DNA of 64,000 nucleotides, from contig CM059453.1 of the NCBI GenBank assembly GCA_030390025.1, positions 7,812,001 through 7,876,000 on the forward strand, given 5' to 3'. Each line of letters begins with the position of its first letter. Within the stretch, counting starts at the first letter, position 1. This DNA comes from Squalus acanthias (lineage: Eukaryota). The position numbers and the translations under genes were made by a program. Under the pieces are notes generated by a model. It searched no databases. It saw only the letters and a program-made list of their open reading frames with translations, and was not told where the DNA came from. Below are positions 24,750 through 37,899 of the stretch, piece by piece.

Positions 24750-27440
24750 GGACGAATTCCTGAATTGGGCTAATATCAGTGTACACAAATCTTAGGTGGG
24801 ATGCTTGGTGATCTACCTCATGGACACTGTATCCCCTTGGAACTCGTTTTGTTCATCTTCGATGTCGGAGAAGAATTTTGCAGATTCCTGAATTGGCCGA
24901 GTGCTATTTACATATTTTTGCCTCCCGCGAAAGTTTGCATGGTGGTGAGAGGGAATACTGCCGTCATGATGCATTGTTGCGTACTGACTGTTTTGGATAC
25001 GCTCATTGGCCAGTTGACTATTTCCTGTTCGTCTTTTCAGACGTCTGTATTTTCCAAAGCTCAGAATGTGTCCCTCACTGAGTGAGAACAATGAAAAATG
25101 ATCAGAGAAGCGAGAAAGAGGGTTATTCTGGTCGAGGAAGCGCCCTCACACATTGTCTCTTGCTCCCTATCTAACCCCCTCCATTCTGTTACAGAGCCAA
25201 GACCAGTATTGAAATATTGCTATCAGATGATAAACATCCAACAATCAGCGCAAAGTGTAGAGGGTCTGCACGCAATCGGTGAATTTTTGAAGTCTTCACA
25301 AACATAAAATACACCGCGATTAATTTTACATCAAATCCAGTGGGATTTAATCCATTTGGACTAATGGAGCTCATCAATATCTCAACAAAACCGGTTCATG
25401 AGATAGAAAAGAACCTCACATTCCAGGGATTGCTGTGAGAATGGGCATATTTCGCAGATTAATTATTAGTATTTTTCAATTCTGCTTGTTCTTTTTAAAA
25501 TTTACAATCCCGCACATGTTTTCATTCAAACCACATGTCTGAAATGCTGTGGGCTTTAAAGGTCAGCGTAACTTTGAAACAGTTTTTGATGTGCTTTAAT
25601 AGAATAGCAGTCTTCATGAGTAATGTTAACAGTGTTTCCATTGCAGAGCTCCCTCTGTTACATTCGTAGAAAACCCTGGCGGTCAACGATGAACCTCTCT
25701 ATCGTCAGCTGGATTAGTTTGTCAGCCTCTGCCAGACTAGCATAATAAACCTTCACATCGCAGTATCAGTTCCCAGTAGTTTCCTTTACAACACCCGGAC
25801 TTTTTTCAACCTATTTTCAATTCCGGAAGAGACATTCAGAATCAGGGTGCAATGTAAGCAAAATCATTATAAAGAATGGATCTGGGTACTTTGTCAAATA
25901 TTGTTGCACGCATTAGATTCCGCTCGTTATCAAACTGTACAGAACATAAGAACATAAGAAATAGGAGCAGGAGTTGGCCATTCGGCCCCTCAAGCCTGCT
26001 CCGTCATTCAATAAGATCATGGTTGATCTGATCTTTGTCTCAACTCCACTTTCCTGTCCGCTCTCCATAACCATTGATTACCCGATAGTTCAACAATCGG
26101 TCTATTTCCACCTTAAATATATTCAATGACTCCGCCTCCATCGCTCTCTGGGGAAGAGAATTTCAAGATTCACGACCTTCTAATAGAAGAAATTCCTCCT
26201 CATCTCCGTTTTAAATGGGCGACCCCTTCTTCTGAATCTATGCCCCTTGTTCCAGATTACACCTCGAGGGGAAACACCCTCTCTGCATCTACACTGACAA
26301 GCCCCCTCAGAAAATTGATTCTTGCTCAAAAATGGCGAGGCCAGTGTTAGAAGAGGATCACGATGTAACGTGTAATTTGTCATTGTTTAGTGTATCCAAG
26401 GCTTTATTAAAAACTCATAAATCATTTACCTTGTTATCTGTTACTTGAGCTCGGTGGAGCTGAGAGTGGAACACTTTACATTCATTCAAAATAAGCATCC
26501 ACCTTTCCCGGCCAAGCTCAGTGCAGTCAATGGAAGGAATAGGCTCCTGTTAAGGCTTCTGTCCAACAACTGCAAAACATCCCCTTTTACCTGTTTGTGG
26601 TGCTGACAGTGTGAATATGTCTGGGGGATTATATTTAGTTAGTGACATTGCAAATGCACATCGAGAACACATCCCTTCTTCAGTATCTCCCATGAAATCG
26701 CAAACGTTCCCTGGATGTTATGATTGCAATAGAAATAAACCTTACATTGAGGGTCACACTGTCACTGAAACACAGCCTCCGGAGGAATATTCCTGCAATC
26801 TGCTTCATCTGAGTCTCTACTTCAGGTCAAGAGAGGCCAAAGGAAAACTAAGATTATAAAATATGTTATAATAATAGGACTCTGGTTATTTCTACCTCTT
26901 TATCAGTGGTGTAATATCAGCTCACTTTTCACTATTGTCTGTCAGGTCAGTGGTACTTAGCATATATATTAGATTATGTATTTACTCTGTTGTAGATTAG
27001 AACAATAAGTCGGCTAGATTTCGGAGCATGGATATATGAGCGGATACCAAACCAGCATCCACAGCTCCCAGTGCGAGATACAATGAGCAATCGTCATCTC
27101 CCCACCGTTATCAATTAGTCAACAATAATGTGAGATTCAATGGATGAGACACTGGGCTTCAGGGATAATCAATGTCTGCTCCCACTGTATGACACATTAG
27201 GTACATTACGCATCGCCACAGGTAGTCCATTCAGACCACCCACTCTGAGATACAATGTGTGATCCAGATGCCCTCAGGAAAGTTCATTTGATAGTCCCAT
27301 CTGCAATATTCAATGGGAAATCTACATGTGTCCATTGCCAATCCACTAACCACCGCCAATGTGAGATATATTGGGTGAGGTAAAACCTCATCTGAAAATC
27401 AACTTTAACATAGTGTCTGGAAGTACAAAACGTCCTGAAG
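24750..27440 (-). pseudogene. Degenerate antisense Ig-superfamily receptor relic, unit 1
   Basis: Minus-strand fragments VDWQW, GDDDCSLYL..DAGL, VHLQC..ERWM, ETTGN*YCDVK, a hydrophobic stretch ending LVLAL, and a phase-compatible exon KYRRLKRR..SQYATM..KYVNS; many stops and frameshifts. Confidence 0.45.
25940..26310 (-). mobile_element. CR1 3' fragment (copy at 45660-46030)
   Basis: GRPFKTEMRRNFF; agaacataagaa tail. Confidence 0.85.
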
Positions 27441-27679
27441 CATTTACAAAGTTTATAGCAAGAGAAGTACATTCCAAGACAGTGGAGAAAATTTAAGAGA
27501 TTTAGAGAGAGAATAAATTGAAGGCTAGGACAAAAAGATGGCGATGAAGGATGATAGAGACAGAGAGAGGGGATGTGGATATAATGGGGTGTTCCACAAG
27601 GCCTGGGCAACAGTAAGTCCTGGGAAACAATGGTGGGATGCATGGAATGGGGAAATGCACAGGACGCCACATTATTTTT

Positions 27680-28100
27680 ATTGATTCATGAGATGTGGGC
27701 GTCGCTGACAAGGCCAGGATTGATTGCCCACCCCTAATTACCCTTGAGAAGGAGGTGCTGAGCCCCCTACTTGAACTGCTGCAGTCCGTACTGTGAAGGC
27801 TCTCCCACAGTGCTGTTAGGGAGGGAGTTCCAGGATTTTGACCCAGCGAGGATGAAGGAACGGCGATATAATTCCAATCAGGATGGTGTGTGAATTGGAG
27901 GGGATCTTGGAGGTTGTGGTGTTCCATTGCATCTGCTGCCCTTGTCCTTCTAGGTGGAAGGGGCCTCTGGTTTGGGAGGTGCTGCCAATGAAGCCTTGGC
28001 GAGTTGCTGCAGTGCATCTTGTAGATGGTACACACTGCAGCCACGATACGCCGGTGGTGGAGGGAGTGAATGTTTAAGGTGTTGGATGGGGTGACGATCA
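27680..28100 (-). mobile_element. 3' end of another non-LTR LINE family (copies at 29350-29620, 47400-47820, 49180-49440)
   Basis: LNIHSLHHRRIVAAVCTIYKMHCSNSPRL..KSWNSL..LQRFKK C-terminal LINE ORF2 motif; clade not determined. Confidence 0.7.
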
Positions 28101-30089
28101 AACATGCATAACACTGAAAGGTACTGGAAAGTAAATTTGGAAAAAATTGCAGAGTATAAACGGAGAATTGCTATGACATGGAGTACACTGCCTGAAGCTG
28201 TGATAGTATCAAATTCAATAGTAATATTCTAAAGTGAACTGGAGTTATACTTTAAAGGGAGTAATATGCAGGGTGATGGAGAAAGGACAGGAAAGTGGGA
28301 CTAAATGGATATCTCTTTCAAAGAGACGGCACAGGCACGATGGGGTGAATAATTACCTTCTGTACTGTATTATTCTATGACTCTACCAATAAACAATAGA
28401 ACAGGAATGTTGGAGAGGCGGGTCAGTAGGGTTTCCTGAAACGCAGTGCAAAAATCAACAGTACCTTATTTGCCATCACAGTCTAACAGATTGCAATGTA
28501 CCAATTCAATTTAAAAACCACGTTGATTTCCATAAAATCACTCTGTGTTCCAAGCATCAAACAGAATGATTTGCATGAAATGCCGCAACGAGTCACCTAA
28601 GGAAAACGCCACACTTGACTATAATTCAACTTAATACACCCAGGCTCTTTGTGCCAGTAAGAGCAGAGTGTCTTAACAAGAGGAATGTAGCAAGCATTAA
28701 AATTTGTTCCGGATGCGTTTAGCTTGGATAGCAGAAGATTCATGGGCCTGATCTCCAACGTGATTGAAATGGCAGTTGGAGCGCTTCCTTCTATTAAGAG
28801 TATGTGTGGAAATCGACCAGATCACAGCACACGTCACATCTGTTGGACAATGGTGGAAAGTGCATTGCATCAGGAAGAAGACCTTATCCGGCCACAGCTG
28901 CTTCGTTCTGCACACGCTTTAACAACTTTCGATAGTCTATGTTGGGGAGGGTGAGGTGGATTCGGAGTTTATCTTGGCATGATACAGGATGTCTGCCTCA
29001 GTTGGGCTCAGATGTGTCTGATGATACAGTGACAAATAGCCCATGTAATACCGGCGATCGGCCACTGTGTGGCGCTGTTGGATTTAGACGCTTTTCTCAA
29101 TCACGCTGAGCACAAGGAACAAACATGACTTCAGGCTGCACAAGGATTCAGAGAAATGCCAAAAAATAGAAATTCAAAACGCAATTAGAGATATTCCAGA
29201 CACTCTTTATTAGACTTGAAAGTTAAAAATGGGCAATTGTTTGAGGTACTGGCGGGAATGTATTTTAATAATAGGCAAGCATTTCACAACAGGGGCAAAA
29301 TTGCAACATGGGACAGGCGTGGAAAAATACAGGGGCATAATTTTTAATTCATTCTTGGGATGTGGGAGTCGCTGGCATGGCCTCGTTTATTGCTCATTCC
29401 TAGTTGCCCTTGAGATGGTGGTGGTGGGCCTTCTTCTTGAACCGCTGCAGTCCGTGTGGCGAAGCTGCTCCCACAGTGCTGTTAGTGAGGGAGTTCCAGG
29501 ATTTTGACCCAGCGATGTTGAAGAGACGGTCATATATTTCCAAGTCAGGGTGGGTTGTGACTTGGATGGGAACTTGGAGCTGATGGAGTTCCCATGCAGC
29601 TATTGTCCTGATATGGAGGCAGTGACATCTTCCTTGTATCTTAATTTCTGATTGTATTGATAAATGCACAATCCCATTCTCCAAGCAGTGGGCCGAACAT
29701 GCAGAGATGGTTGATCAGAGAATCGCGCTCAGTGTTGCGGCCTATCTCCGACCGGTGCTTCCTGTAATTCACTGTCAACTCTGAGCTCTCACTTTGCAGT
29801 ACAGTTTAAACACTGAGCTGCAAACACAACAGGTCCTTTCAAGATGCAGCCTACTGTATAAGACGGATGGTGCCTGACCACAGATAAACTCATTCTGGTT
29901 CAATTGACCAGAATGATTCACAGCCAAGAACGTCATAGATAGCAGCGGACTGACGGCTGTTGTAATCACATACAGGGGCTCTAAATAGAACCCAGCACTT
30001 CACACCTCCGCTTTGGTGCTATACTGACACACGGTGTAAATAAACCCACCTCCGAGCAGCCACACTGAATGAGGCACAGAGCAAGCTCC

Positions 30090-30830
30090 ATAGGACCATT
30101 CTGTGTTAAACCCAAAGTGTGCCCCGAAGTTGACCACACCTCACATCACCTGACATTCTCAAAGCAAACTGGGCCTTGTGTGGAGCATAATTGAGCAGAG
30201 TGCATTGCACAAACCTTCATTCTGGGATTGACCAGACATACGGCATCACTTGTTGTTAATACAAAACTGGGCCTTGGAGCTGAACACACCTCCCTAAATG
30301 AGTCCCTAAATCCCAACTGGGCCCTGGATCTGTAAAGACATTTCTAATCTAGACAGTCAAACCAAGCAGACGCCTGGATTGAACACACATTCAAAAAAAT
30401 AGTCAAGAAAGAAACAAAAGAAAAAAAAGAAAAAAACAATTTCAGTCCTCAATCTGAACACACATTCATAAATGTGTCCAGAAAACCCAACTGGTCTCTG
30501 GGCCTGAACATATATTTTTATACTGGTCACTAAAGCCAAGCTGTGACCTGGGTCTGAACACACATCCCTAAACTAGTCAGTAAAGCCAAGCTGAGACCTG
30601 TGTCTGAACACACATCCGTAAACTAATCAGTCAAACCAAACTGGGCCGGCAAACTGGATAGAAAAACAAACAAACTGGGCCTTGGATCTGAACCCAAGCC
30701 CACCAACACACACACAATGCAACGGGTGTCCCCACTTATGATTTTATCATCTTATTTGTTTAAAAAGAAAAACTGGGCCCTGGAACTGAACTCACATCCC
30801 TAAACTAGCCTGTAAATCCAAAGTGTGACA
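30090..30830 (+). repeat. Degenerate 50-bp minisatellite array upstream of gene B
   Basis: Best units at 30532 and 30582, plus diverged actgggcc..ctgaacacac units. Confidence 0.75.
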
Positions 30831-32493
30831 TGGTTCTTAGCAAGCATTCCCTGTCTCCCTCTTTCTCTGTCATATTCTCTCTCACAGGCTTTCTCTCTCT
30901 CACTCTTTATTCGGTAGAAAACCTAATAGGTAGCATTAAAATTTGATCTTAAGAAGCTGAGATTTTTGATGTAAATAGTGGCCTAATATTTATGTTATTA
31001 AATAGAGTGCAAGAACTCTATTTAATAGTTACAGCAACAGGTGGTACTAGGAAGTTACCAGGTGCAGGAAGTACTGTGAGAGTAATTAAGTGGGGTAGAA
31101 TTTGATATTGTCAGTGGCATAAAGAAATGAAGGAAACTGCTTAACTCAACAACAGGGTCGTGCTTAAGAAACCCAGCAAAAAGCACATAGCATACCTTCA
31201 AGGAGATAATAAATTTAAATACATAACAAGAAATAGAAAATGCAAACTAATAATACAGTGTGAATGAAATCATTGCAATGTGGAATATCTTAGGTGTTGT
31301 TGGATGTAGGTTTGGGCGGAGAGGTGGGGTTGGAGATTATTCCCGAGACAGCAGAAAAATAAGCAATTTGCTCAGGAAACTGTAACGGATTTCATATTTA
31401 GAACTGTGCAAATGGAAAAGAGTGAGTTGTTCAAACTGCACGAGGCTCATCCGAGGTGCTTTACTGAGATCTATAAGGTAATGTAGCGATTGATCACTGA
31501 CCCCTTCATGGTAGCAGTGATACGGTCCTCTTATCTTCCAACTAATCTGAACTGATTCTGCTTCTTAATCAGGTGCGAAATGCGCCCAGTTTGAAGCTGG
31601 ACTGTGTTCGAATGAGATGCCCGTTTGGATCCAGGATTTGATCCCACTGATCAATTTGCAGGGTTTTTTCCTGTAGATAAAAATATCCACGTTATTTCCA
31701 GCAGCATTGACCCTCCAATCTAAATGCTCACGTCACACCTCACAGTTCTAGTACTAAAATCAGAATCTTCATAAACCCGTCATTGTAGCAACTCGGATCT
31801 CAATGAGTTAATTTCAGCAGATTTCATCTCGCTGCAGTGTCAGTATAAACAGCTGAAGTCACTTCTATAAATGGCACTTTACCCACTGGAAACTTTTTAC
31901 TGATACACTTCTTTGTATCTTTTGGCATTTCAGATACGTGTTGTGTCCCCGAACGACTGAAGGTGATCAACCCACACGTCTGTAGACAACGGCTACAGGA
32001 ATAACCACCGCTTCACACTTCAAACACTCACAGTGCAAGGGCTGATAAATTGCTCAGTGTGTGGGAGTTGTGAGTCGGGGCTTCTAAAGCTGGTGGAGAG
32101 GCGATTTTAGATTTTGCAATCTAAAGTGTCACCGCCTGTCCTGTAACTGTACAGATGATGAGGGGTTCATCTCTGCTCAGGGTTAATCAGCAGTAACCGG
32201 GCCTCATCATATCGTGTAACTGAGGGCCAATCACTAATGCACACTGTCATATTCGAAGTGGCCCCAGATTTGCAGCAGTTTTGATCATCAACATTTGAGG
32301 AGTGGCGAAAGCTGTGTGAGCTATCGTGGCTCTCAATGATTGGTGGGTGGCGAACAGCTGACCTCCTAATACTCTGATTCGATTCGCTATGGACTCCAGT
32401 CTATTACCGGCGAATGGAATCTAGAAACTTGATTAATTATATCTGAGATAAAAACAATTTCTGCCATTTTGACATCGTCAACCGCCTCCAGTC

Positions 32494-32536
32494 ATGAAGA
32501 GTATTACATTGATCTCCATTCTGATATTTAGCGAAG
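32494..32536 (+). CDS. Gene B leader exon
   Basis: MKSITLISILIFSE + G|GTAAAA; joins the V exon in frame to give ..FSEVVHSSRW. Confidence 0.8.
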
Positions 32537-32930
32537 GTAAAATATTAATTTTAATAATTAATGTCAGAATCGATTTCCATTCTGTGGCAAATTAATACGT
32601 TTATTGTTTGTGGAGCTAGTACATGTTTAGTTGATAATGTGCAAATTCCCGATTTGCGCATTTAATGTATATTTCATTCGAAAAATTATCTTATATTTTA
32701 TAAGATTGATTTAATATTTACTCTCTGATTTATCGACTTTCAATGGAATACTTAATGGAATATGAAGAGTTTAAATGAAACTTTCTCGAGTTTTAATGGA
32801 TGTACTAATGAATATGTTAGTGGATGTTTAAAGATTAAATGAATAGTATTCAACTTGACGGTCAGGGTATGTTTTAATTGCGATATTATTGCGGATTTCA
32901 ATGGGTGTTTAATTTCTGTTTTTTCACCAG

Positions 32931-33311
32931 TTGTTCATAGTTCACGATGGTCTGTGAAGGTGCCGTGGAAGGTGTCGGCGGTGAGCGGATCATGTGCTGA
33001 GATCCCGTGTACATTTGATTATCCCGCCTCTGGCCGCAATCCAGGGTGTATGTGGTTAAAGGGAGGTCCTAAACCTGGTACCTCAGGGGTCTCGATTGTC
33101 TATGATTCCAGTGATGCAAACAATAAAGACTATAACGATAGAGGACGAATTGAATTCACCGGCGATTTTCTAAAGAAACAATGTTCCTTACACATTAATG
33201 TCACCAGGAAGAGCGATGCAGGTGACTATTACTTCAGAGTGACGATCACCACCGCCCGGAATATAACAGATCAATACGTTTCCAAATCTCCTGTCTCTCT
33301 TTCTATTTTAG
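32931..33311 (+). CDS. Gene B Siglec V-set (sialic-acid-binding) exon
   Basis: 381 nt, phase 1-1; N-terminal W, GSCAEIPCTF, QCSLHI, DAGDYYFRV with essential Arg codon at 33236-33238. Confidence 0.92.
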
Positions 33312-34116
33312 GTAAGATTTTTTGTTTGCTCCTGTTGTATATTATATTCCATCTCCTCAGTGCCATTGAAATTACGACTAACATACCAATATCCCGAGTA
33401 ACTGTTGGCCCATGTCACGGGATACAGCGGCAGGACTGCTCCGCTGACTCTCACCCAGGTGTGTGTTATGTTTTGACTTGAACTGTAATAGGGCGCAGGC
33501 CTTCTTAATAACTTACAGAAGCTCCCTGGCAAGGCAAGAAGAATACTTTATCATACGAATATAATAAACTGCAGGTGGAGGAAATATACAGGTAGATGTG
33601 AAATTCTATGCAAAGGAAGCAGGTGGACCATTTGTGTAAATAGACTGCTTGATGTGGTGCCGAAGCGTTACGCCAACAGTGTCCCAGATTCTATTCCATG
33701 TCTGTGCTTGGGATAGAATCTAGGACACGCTTAGTCTAATGACTCAGTGTCAGATCAAACAATTAATTTACCCAAAGCGGCATGGGCGGGTTGAATTCTT
33801 GCTGATATTTGAAAGTTTCATTTTGCATTTTGAACAATGCAGTGAGTGCGTGGTCAATAAATCGCCTGACAATAATGTGAATAATTCACGTGATAAAGCG
33901 ACTGACTATTAATTAAACGAGTACATAAATGCTCCGATTGATTCTTTAACTCTAAGAACTTTTGGCATATTTCGATGCACCATAGCGCGGGAGGAAAACA
34001 GTAGAATTAATTCTTAAGGGGATATTTTCTCAGACTTTGGGCTGAATCACCTTGCACACCATTGGCCATTTTAAAATTGAAATCTACTGTAACACGAATG
34101 TCCTTCTCTCCTTATT

Positions 34117-34428
34117 ATAAACCACGGATATCAGTCTCTGGGGAATTGATTGCTAGAAAACCAGCCCACCTGATCTGCTCAGTCACCCACAGTTGCCCGT
34201 CCGCCAACCTTGAACTGATGTGCACTCATGACTAAGTTGTCCCTCCTTTTCTGCCAGAGAGAAAAACTTCAAAAGGAAATGGCGACAATGTCGATGGTTC
34301 CCAGAAGGTTTCATCCACTTTCAACTTCAGCCCATCACCGGACCATCATGGGAAGAAACTGAGATGTAAACCTATAGCCGACGGTGCCACAGCTACCGTT
34401 CAACCAACTCTTACACCGGATGTTAAAT
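34117..34428 (+). pseudogene. Gene B inactivated Siglec domain-2 (C2-set) exon
   Basis: KPRISVSGEL..LICSVTHSCP..FNFSPSPDHHGKKLRC; no AG at the expected acceptor (ccttatt|ata), in-frame TAA 34233-34235, intact GTAAG donor. Confidence 0.85.
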
Positions 34429-34719
34429 GTAAGAGCCTGCTCTAAGCTTCATTCAACCAACTTGTTAATAAACTGGTTCAATAGATTTCTTTATATTGAA
34501 TATAGTGATAGCGCGCCTGGATAAACAAGTAATCGAAGCTTCATGTAAGTCACATTATTAGACATGTACCCAGACCCATGGAGTAATATTGGTCGCTCCA
34601 GGGTTTATCTGAAATATCATTGCAAAGGCTCCCAATGTCTGATGTCGTTTCACCCACAGAGTAACTGAAACATTCAGGCCAGGGTGAGTCCATTCATGGT
34701 CTGAGCTAACTCACATACA

Positions 34720-35765
34720 AACATAGGACATACGGCAGAGAAACAGATCATCGGGCCCAACCAGTCCATGCCAGCGTTTATGCTCCACTCGAGCCTCCTC
34801 CCGTCTTTCCTCATCTAAATCTATCAGCCTAACCCTCTATTCCCTTCTCCCTCACATGTTTGTCCAGCCTCCCCTTAAATGCATCTTTACTATTCGCCTC
34901 AACGACTCCCTGTGGTGGCGAGTTCCACATTCTCACCACTCTCTGGGTAAATACGTTTCTTCTGAATTCCATATTGGATGTCTTGGTGACTATCTGTGCG
35001 GAGTTTGCACATTCTCCCCGTGTCTGCGTGGGTTTCCTCCGGGTGCTCCGGTTTCCTCCCACAGTCCAAAAATGTGCGGGTTAGGTTGATTTGGCTATGA
35101 TAAATTGACCCTTAGTGTTGGGGGGGCATTAAATATGTGGGGTTACAGGGATAGGATGGGATATGTTAGGGGGAATTAAATACGTGGGGTTCCGGGGATA
35201 GTTTGGGATATGTGTCGGTGTAGGCTCGATGGGGATTCTGTGTGAGAAAGCAGGGACAGGGTACTGGATTTGGATGATCAGCCATAATCGTATTGAATGG
35301 TGGAGCAGGCTCGACGGGCCGAATGGCCTACTCCTGCTCCTAGTTTCTATGTTTCTATGTTTCTATTGATAACCACCAGTTATGCTCTTCCCCACAAGTG
35401 GGAATATTCTCTCTGTATCCGCTCTATGAAAGCCTTTCATAATTTTAAAGACATCTATTAGTTCACCCCTCAGCCTTCTTTTTTCAAGAGAAAAGAGACC
35501 CAGCCTATTCATCCTTTCCTGATATGTATACCCTCGCATTTCGGCAATCATCCTTGTAAATCTTCTCTGCAGCCTCTCAAAAGCTGCTATATCATTTTTA
35601 TAATATGGTGACCAGAATTGCACGCAGTTCACTTAGTGTTGTCTAACCGAGGTTCGATACAGGTTCAGCATAACTTCCCTACTTTTCAATTCTATCCGTC
35701 TCGGAATAAACCCTAGTGCTTGGTTTGCTTTAGTTATGGTCTTGCTAACCCGTGGCGCAATTTCG
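34720..35765 (-). mobile_element. CR1 3' fragment split by an HE1 SINE
   Basis: CVQFWSPYY..QRRFTRM (ORF 35363-35632) continues at 34720-34995. Confidence 0.9.
34996..35364 (+). mobile_element. 5'-truncated HE1-type V-SINE
   Basis: V-domain ggagtttgcacattctccccgtgtctgcgtgggtttcctccgggtgctccggtttcctcccaca plus CR1-like tail (gtttctat)n. Confidence 0.85.
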
Positions 35766-36126
35766 CTAGGGCGGTAGTCAGGAATCTACAATTTCCCTCA
35801 GCAACCATGTGTAAGTGATGGGAAGGTCCACCGTAACTATTCTGGGAGAAATGGCCACTTGGTTGATGTACCGGAGGAATAGAACCTTACACGGGAAAAC
35901 ATGCAACTCTTCAAATCCTTCAAGATAAGAGGGGAAATAATTCTTATTTTTGAAATATGTTAACATCCAGTGCGTAAAAGTCATGAACTGCATTTTGAAT
36001 TTATAGTTTACAAAATACCCACCATATCTTACTTTAACATTCTTCTTTAGTTGTCACCTAAATTGTTTTATTTTCCTCATCCGCACTAATAACTACATTT
36101 AGAACCAATGGCCTCATCCCTTCCAG

Positions 36127-36384
36127 ATGGCCCACAAAAACCAGCCATCAATTCCTCTATAGCGGCAGTGGAAGGGAGCTCTTTATTATTAAACTGCACG
36201 GCCCGGGGGACCATACCGGGCAACTTAACCTTGGTCCTAAATGGTGAAGAGATCAGCAGGTCTTCCACTGGGGAACTGAAGCAGATATTCCACAACATTA
36301 GTTCTGAAGATAACGGTGAATATTGGTGCGCGGCTGAAAATAACTTGGGAAAAGCGAACAGCTTCACACAGATTTCTGTGCAAT
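36127..36384 (+). CDS. Gene B Ig C2/I-set exon (D3)
   Basis: 258 nt, phase 1-1; EGSSLLLNC..EDNGEYWCAAENNLG; cAG and GTAAGT. Confidence 0.9.
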
Positions 36385-36694
36385 GTAAGTGCTGTGTCAA
36401 CCTATCAAATATATATTCGGACATCATCCGTCTTACAGTGATTAGGCATCGGTGTTTCTCCCCCAGTGTTCATACAGCTGTCTTAAAACCCGTCAGTAAT
36501 ATTGCCTGAAATGTCAGAAAAAGAAGGGTTCTTGAACCAAATTCATTGAGTAAAAGACACTGTTAAAAAACAACAGGAGACCCCAGTAGACAACTCCAGG
36601 TAGAATGCATCTCTGACTGGCTAAAACCAACTGAATGAATATGTGGGATGTGCAAAGGCAAAATATCTGTAGGGCGGACTGAACCCAGCGGCCC

Positions 36695-37735
36695 TGAATC
36701 ATAGAGTGATAGAAATTTACATCACAGAAGCAGGCCATTCGGCCCATCTTGTCCGTGCCGGCCGACAAAGAGCTATCGACCCTAATATCACTTTCCAGCG
36801 ATTGCTCCTGTAGGTTGCAACACTTCAAATGCATATCCAAGTATTTTTAAATGTGAGGAGTGTTTCTGCCTCTACCACCCTTTCAGGCAGTGAGTTCCAG
36901 ACCCTCACCACACTCTGGGTGAAAAAAATTCTCCTTAAATACCCTCTAATCCTTCTAGCAATTACTTTAAATCTATGGCCCTGGTTATTGACCCTTCTGC
37001 TAAGGGAAATGAGTCCTTCGTATCCACTCTATTAGCCCCCTCATACTTTTATACACATAAATTAGGTCTCCCCTCAGCCTCCTCTGTTCCTAAGAAAACA
37101 ACCTCAACCTATCCAATCTTTCCTCAAAGCTAAAATTCTCCAACCAAGGCAACATCCTCGTAAATCTCCTCTGCACCCGCTCTAATGCAAAAACATCCTT
37201 CCTGTAATGTGGTGACCAGAACTGCATGCAGTATTCTAGCTGCGGCCTAACTAGTGTTTTATACAGTTCAAGCATAACCTCCCTGCTTTTATATTCTATG
37301 CCTCGGCTAATAAACGCAAGTATCCCGTATGCCTTCTTAACCACCTAATCTACCTGTCCTGCTACCTTCATGGATCCTTGGACATGCACTCCAAGGTCCG
37401 TCTGATCCTCTGCACTTCTCAGTGTCCTACCATTTATAGTGTATTCCTTTGCCTGTTAGCCCTCCCTAAATGCACTACCTCACACTTCTCCAGAATGAAT
37501 TCCATTTGCCACTGTTCTGCCCACCTGACCAGTCCATTGATATCTTCTTGCAGTCCACCGCTTTCTTCTTCATTCTCAACCACACGGACCAATTTTTGTA
37601 TCATCTGCAAACTTCTTAGTCATACTTCCTACATACAAGTCCAAATCATTGATATATACCAGAAAAAGCAAAGGACCCAGTACTGAGCCTTGCGGAATCC
37701 CACTGGAAACATCCTTCCAGCCACAAAAACACTGA
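36695..37735 (-). mobile_element. 5'-truncated CR1 with possible TSD ctgaa
   Basis: RT ORF 37090-37344; absent from the equivalent site in gene C (~57810). Confidence 0.9.
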
Positions 37736-37899
37736 AGTGCAGGAACATTTTAGTCCAGCACAAAGGTAGAAATTTATAGCGTTAAATAAAGACAAAATCT
37801 GAACAGAAGTTAATGAAATGTTTAGCAGAAATTACATGTTGGAGTAGTTTGTCAGGTTTGTTTACGAGATTGTAACTCGGAAATCCTCACAATATAAAA

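Noticed and set aside
28724-28954. 76-aa ORF open in both units (also 48441-48671)
   Set aside because: Non-ATG start, no recognisable domain or splice context; conservation is explained by recent duplication.
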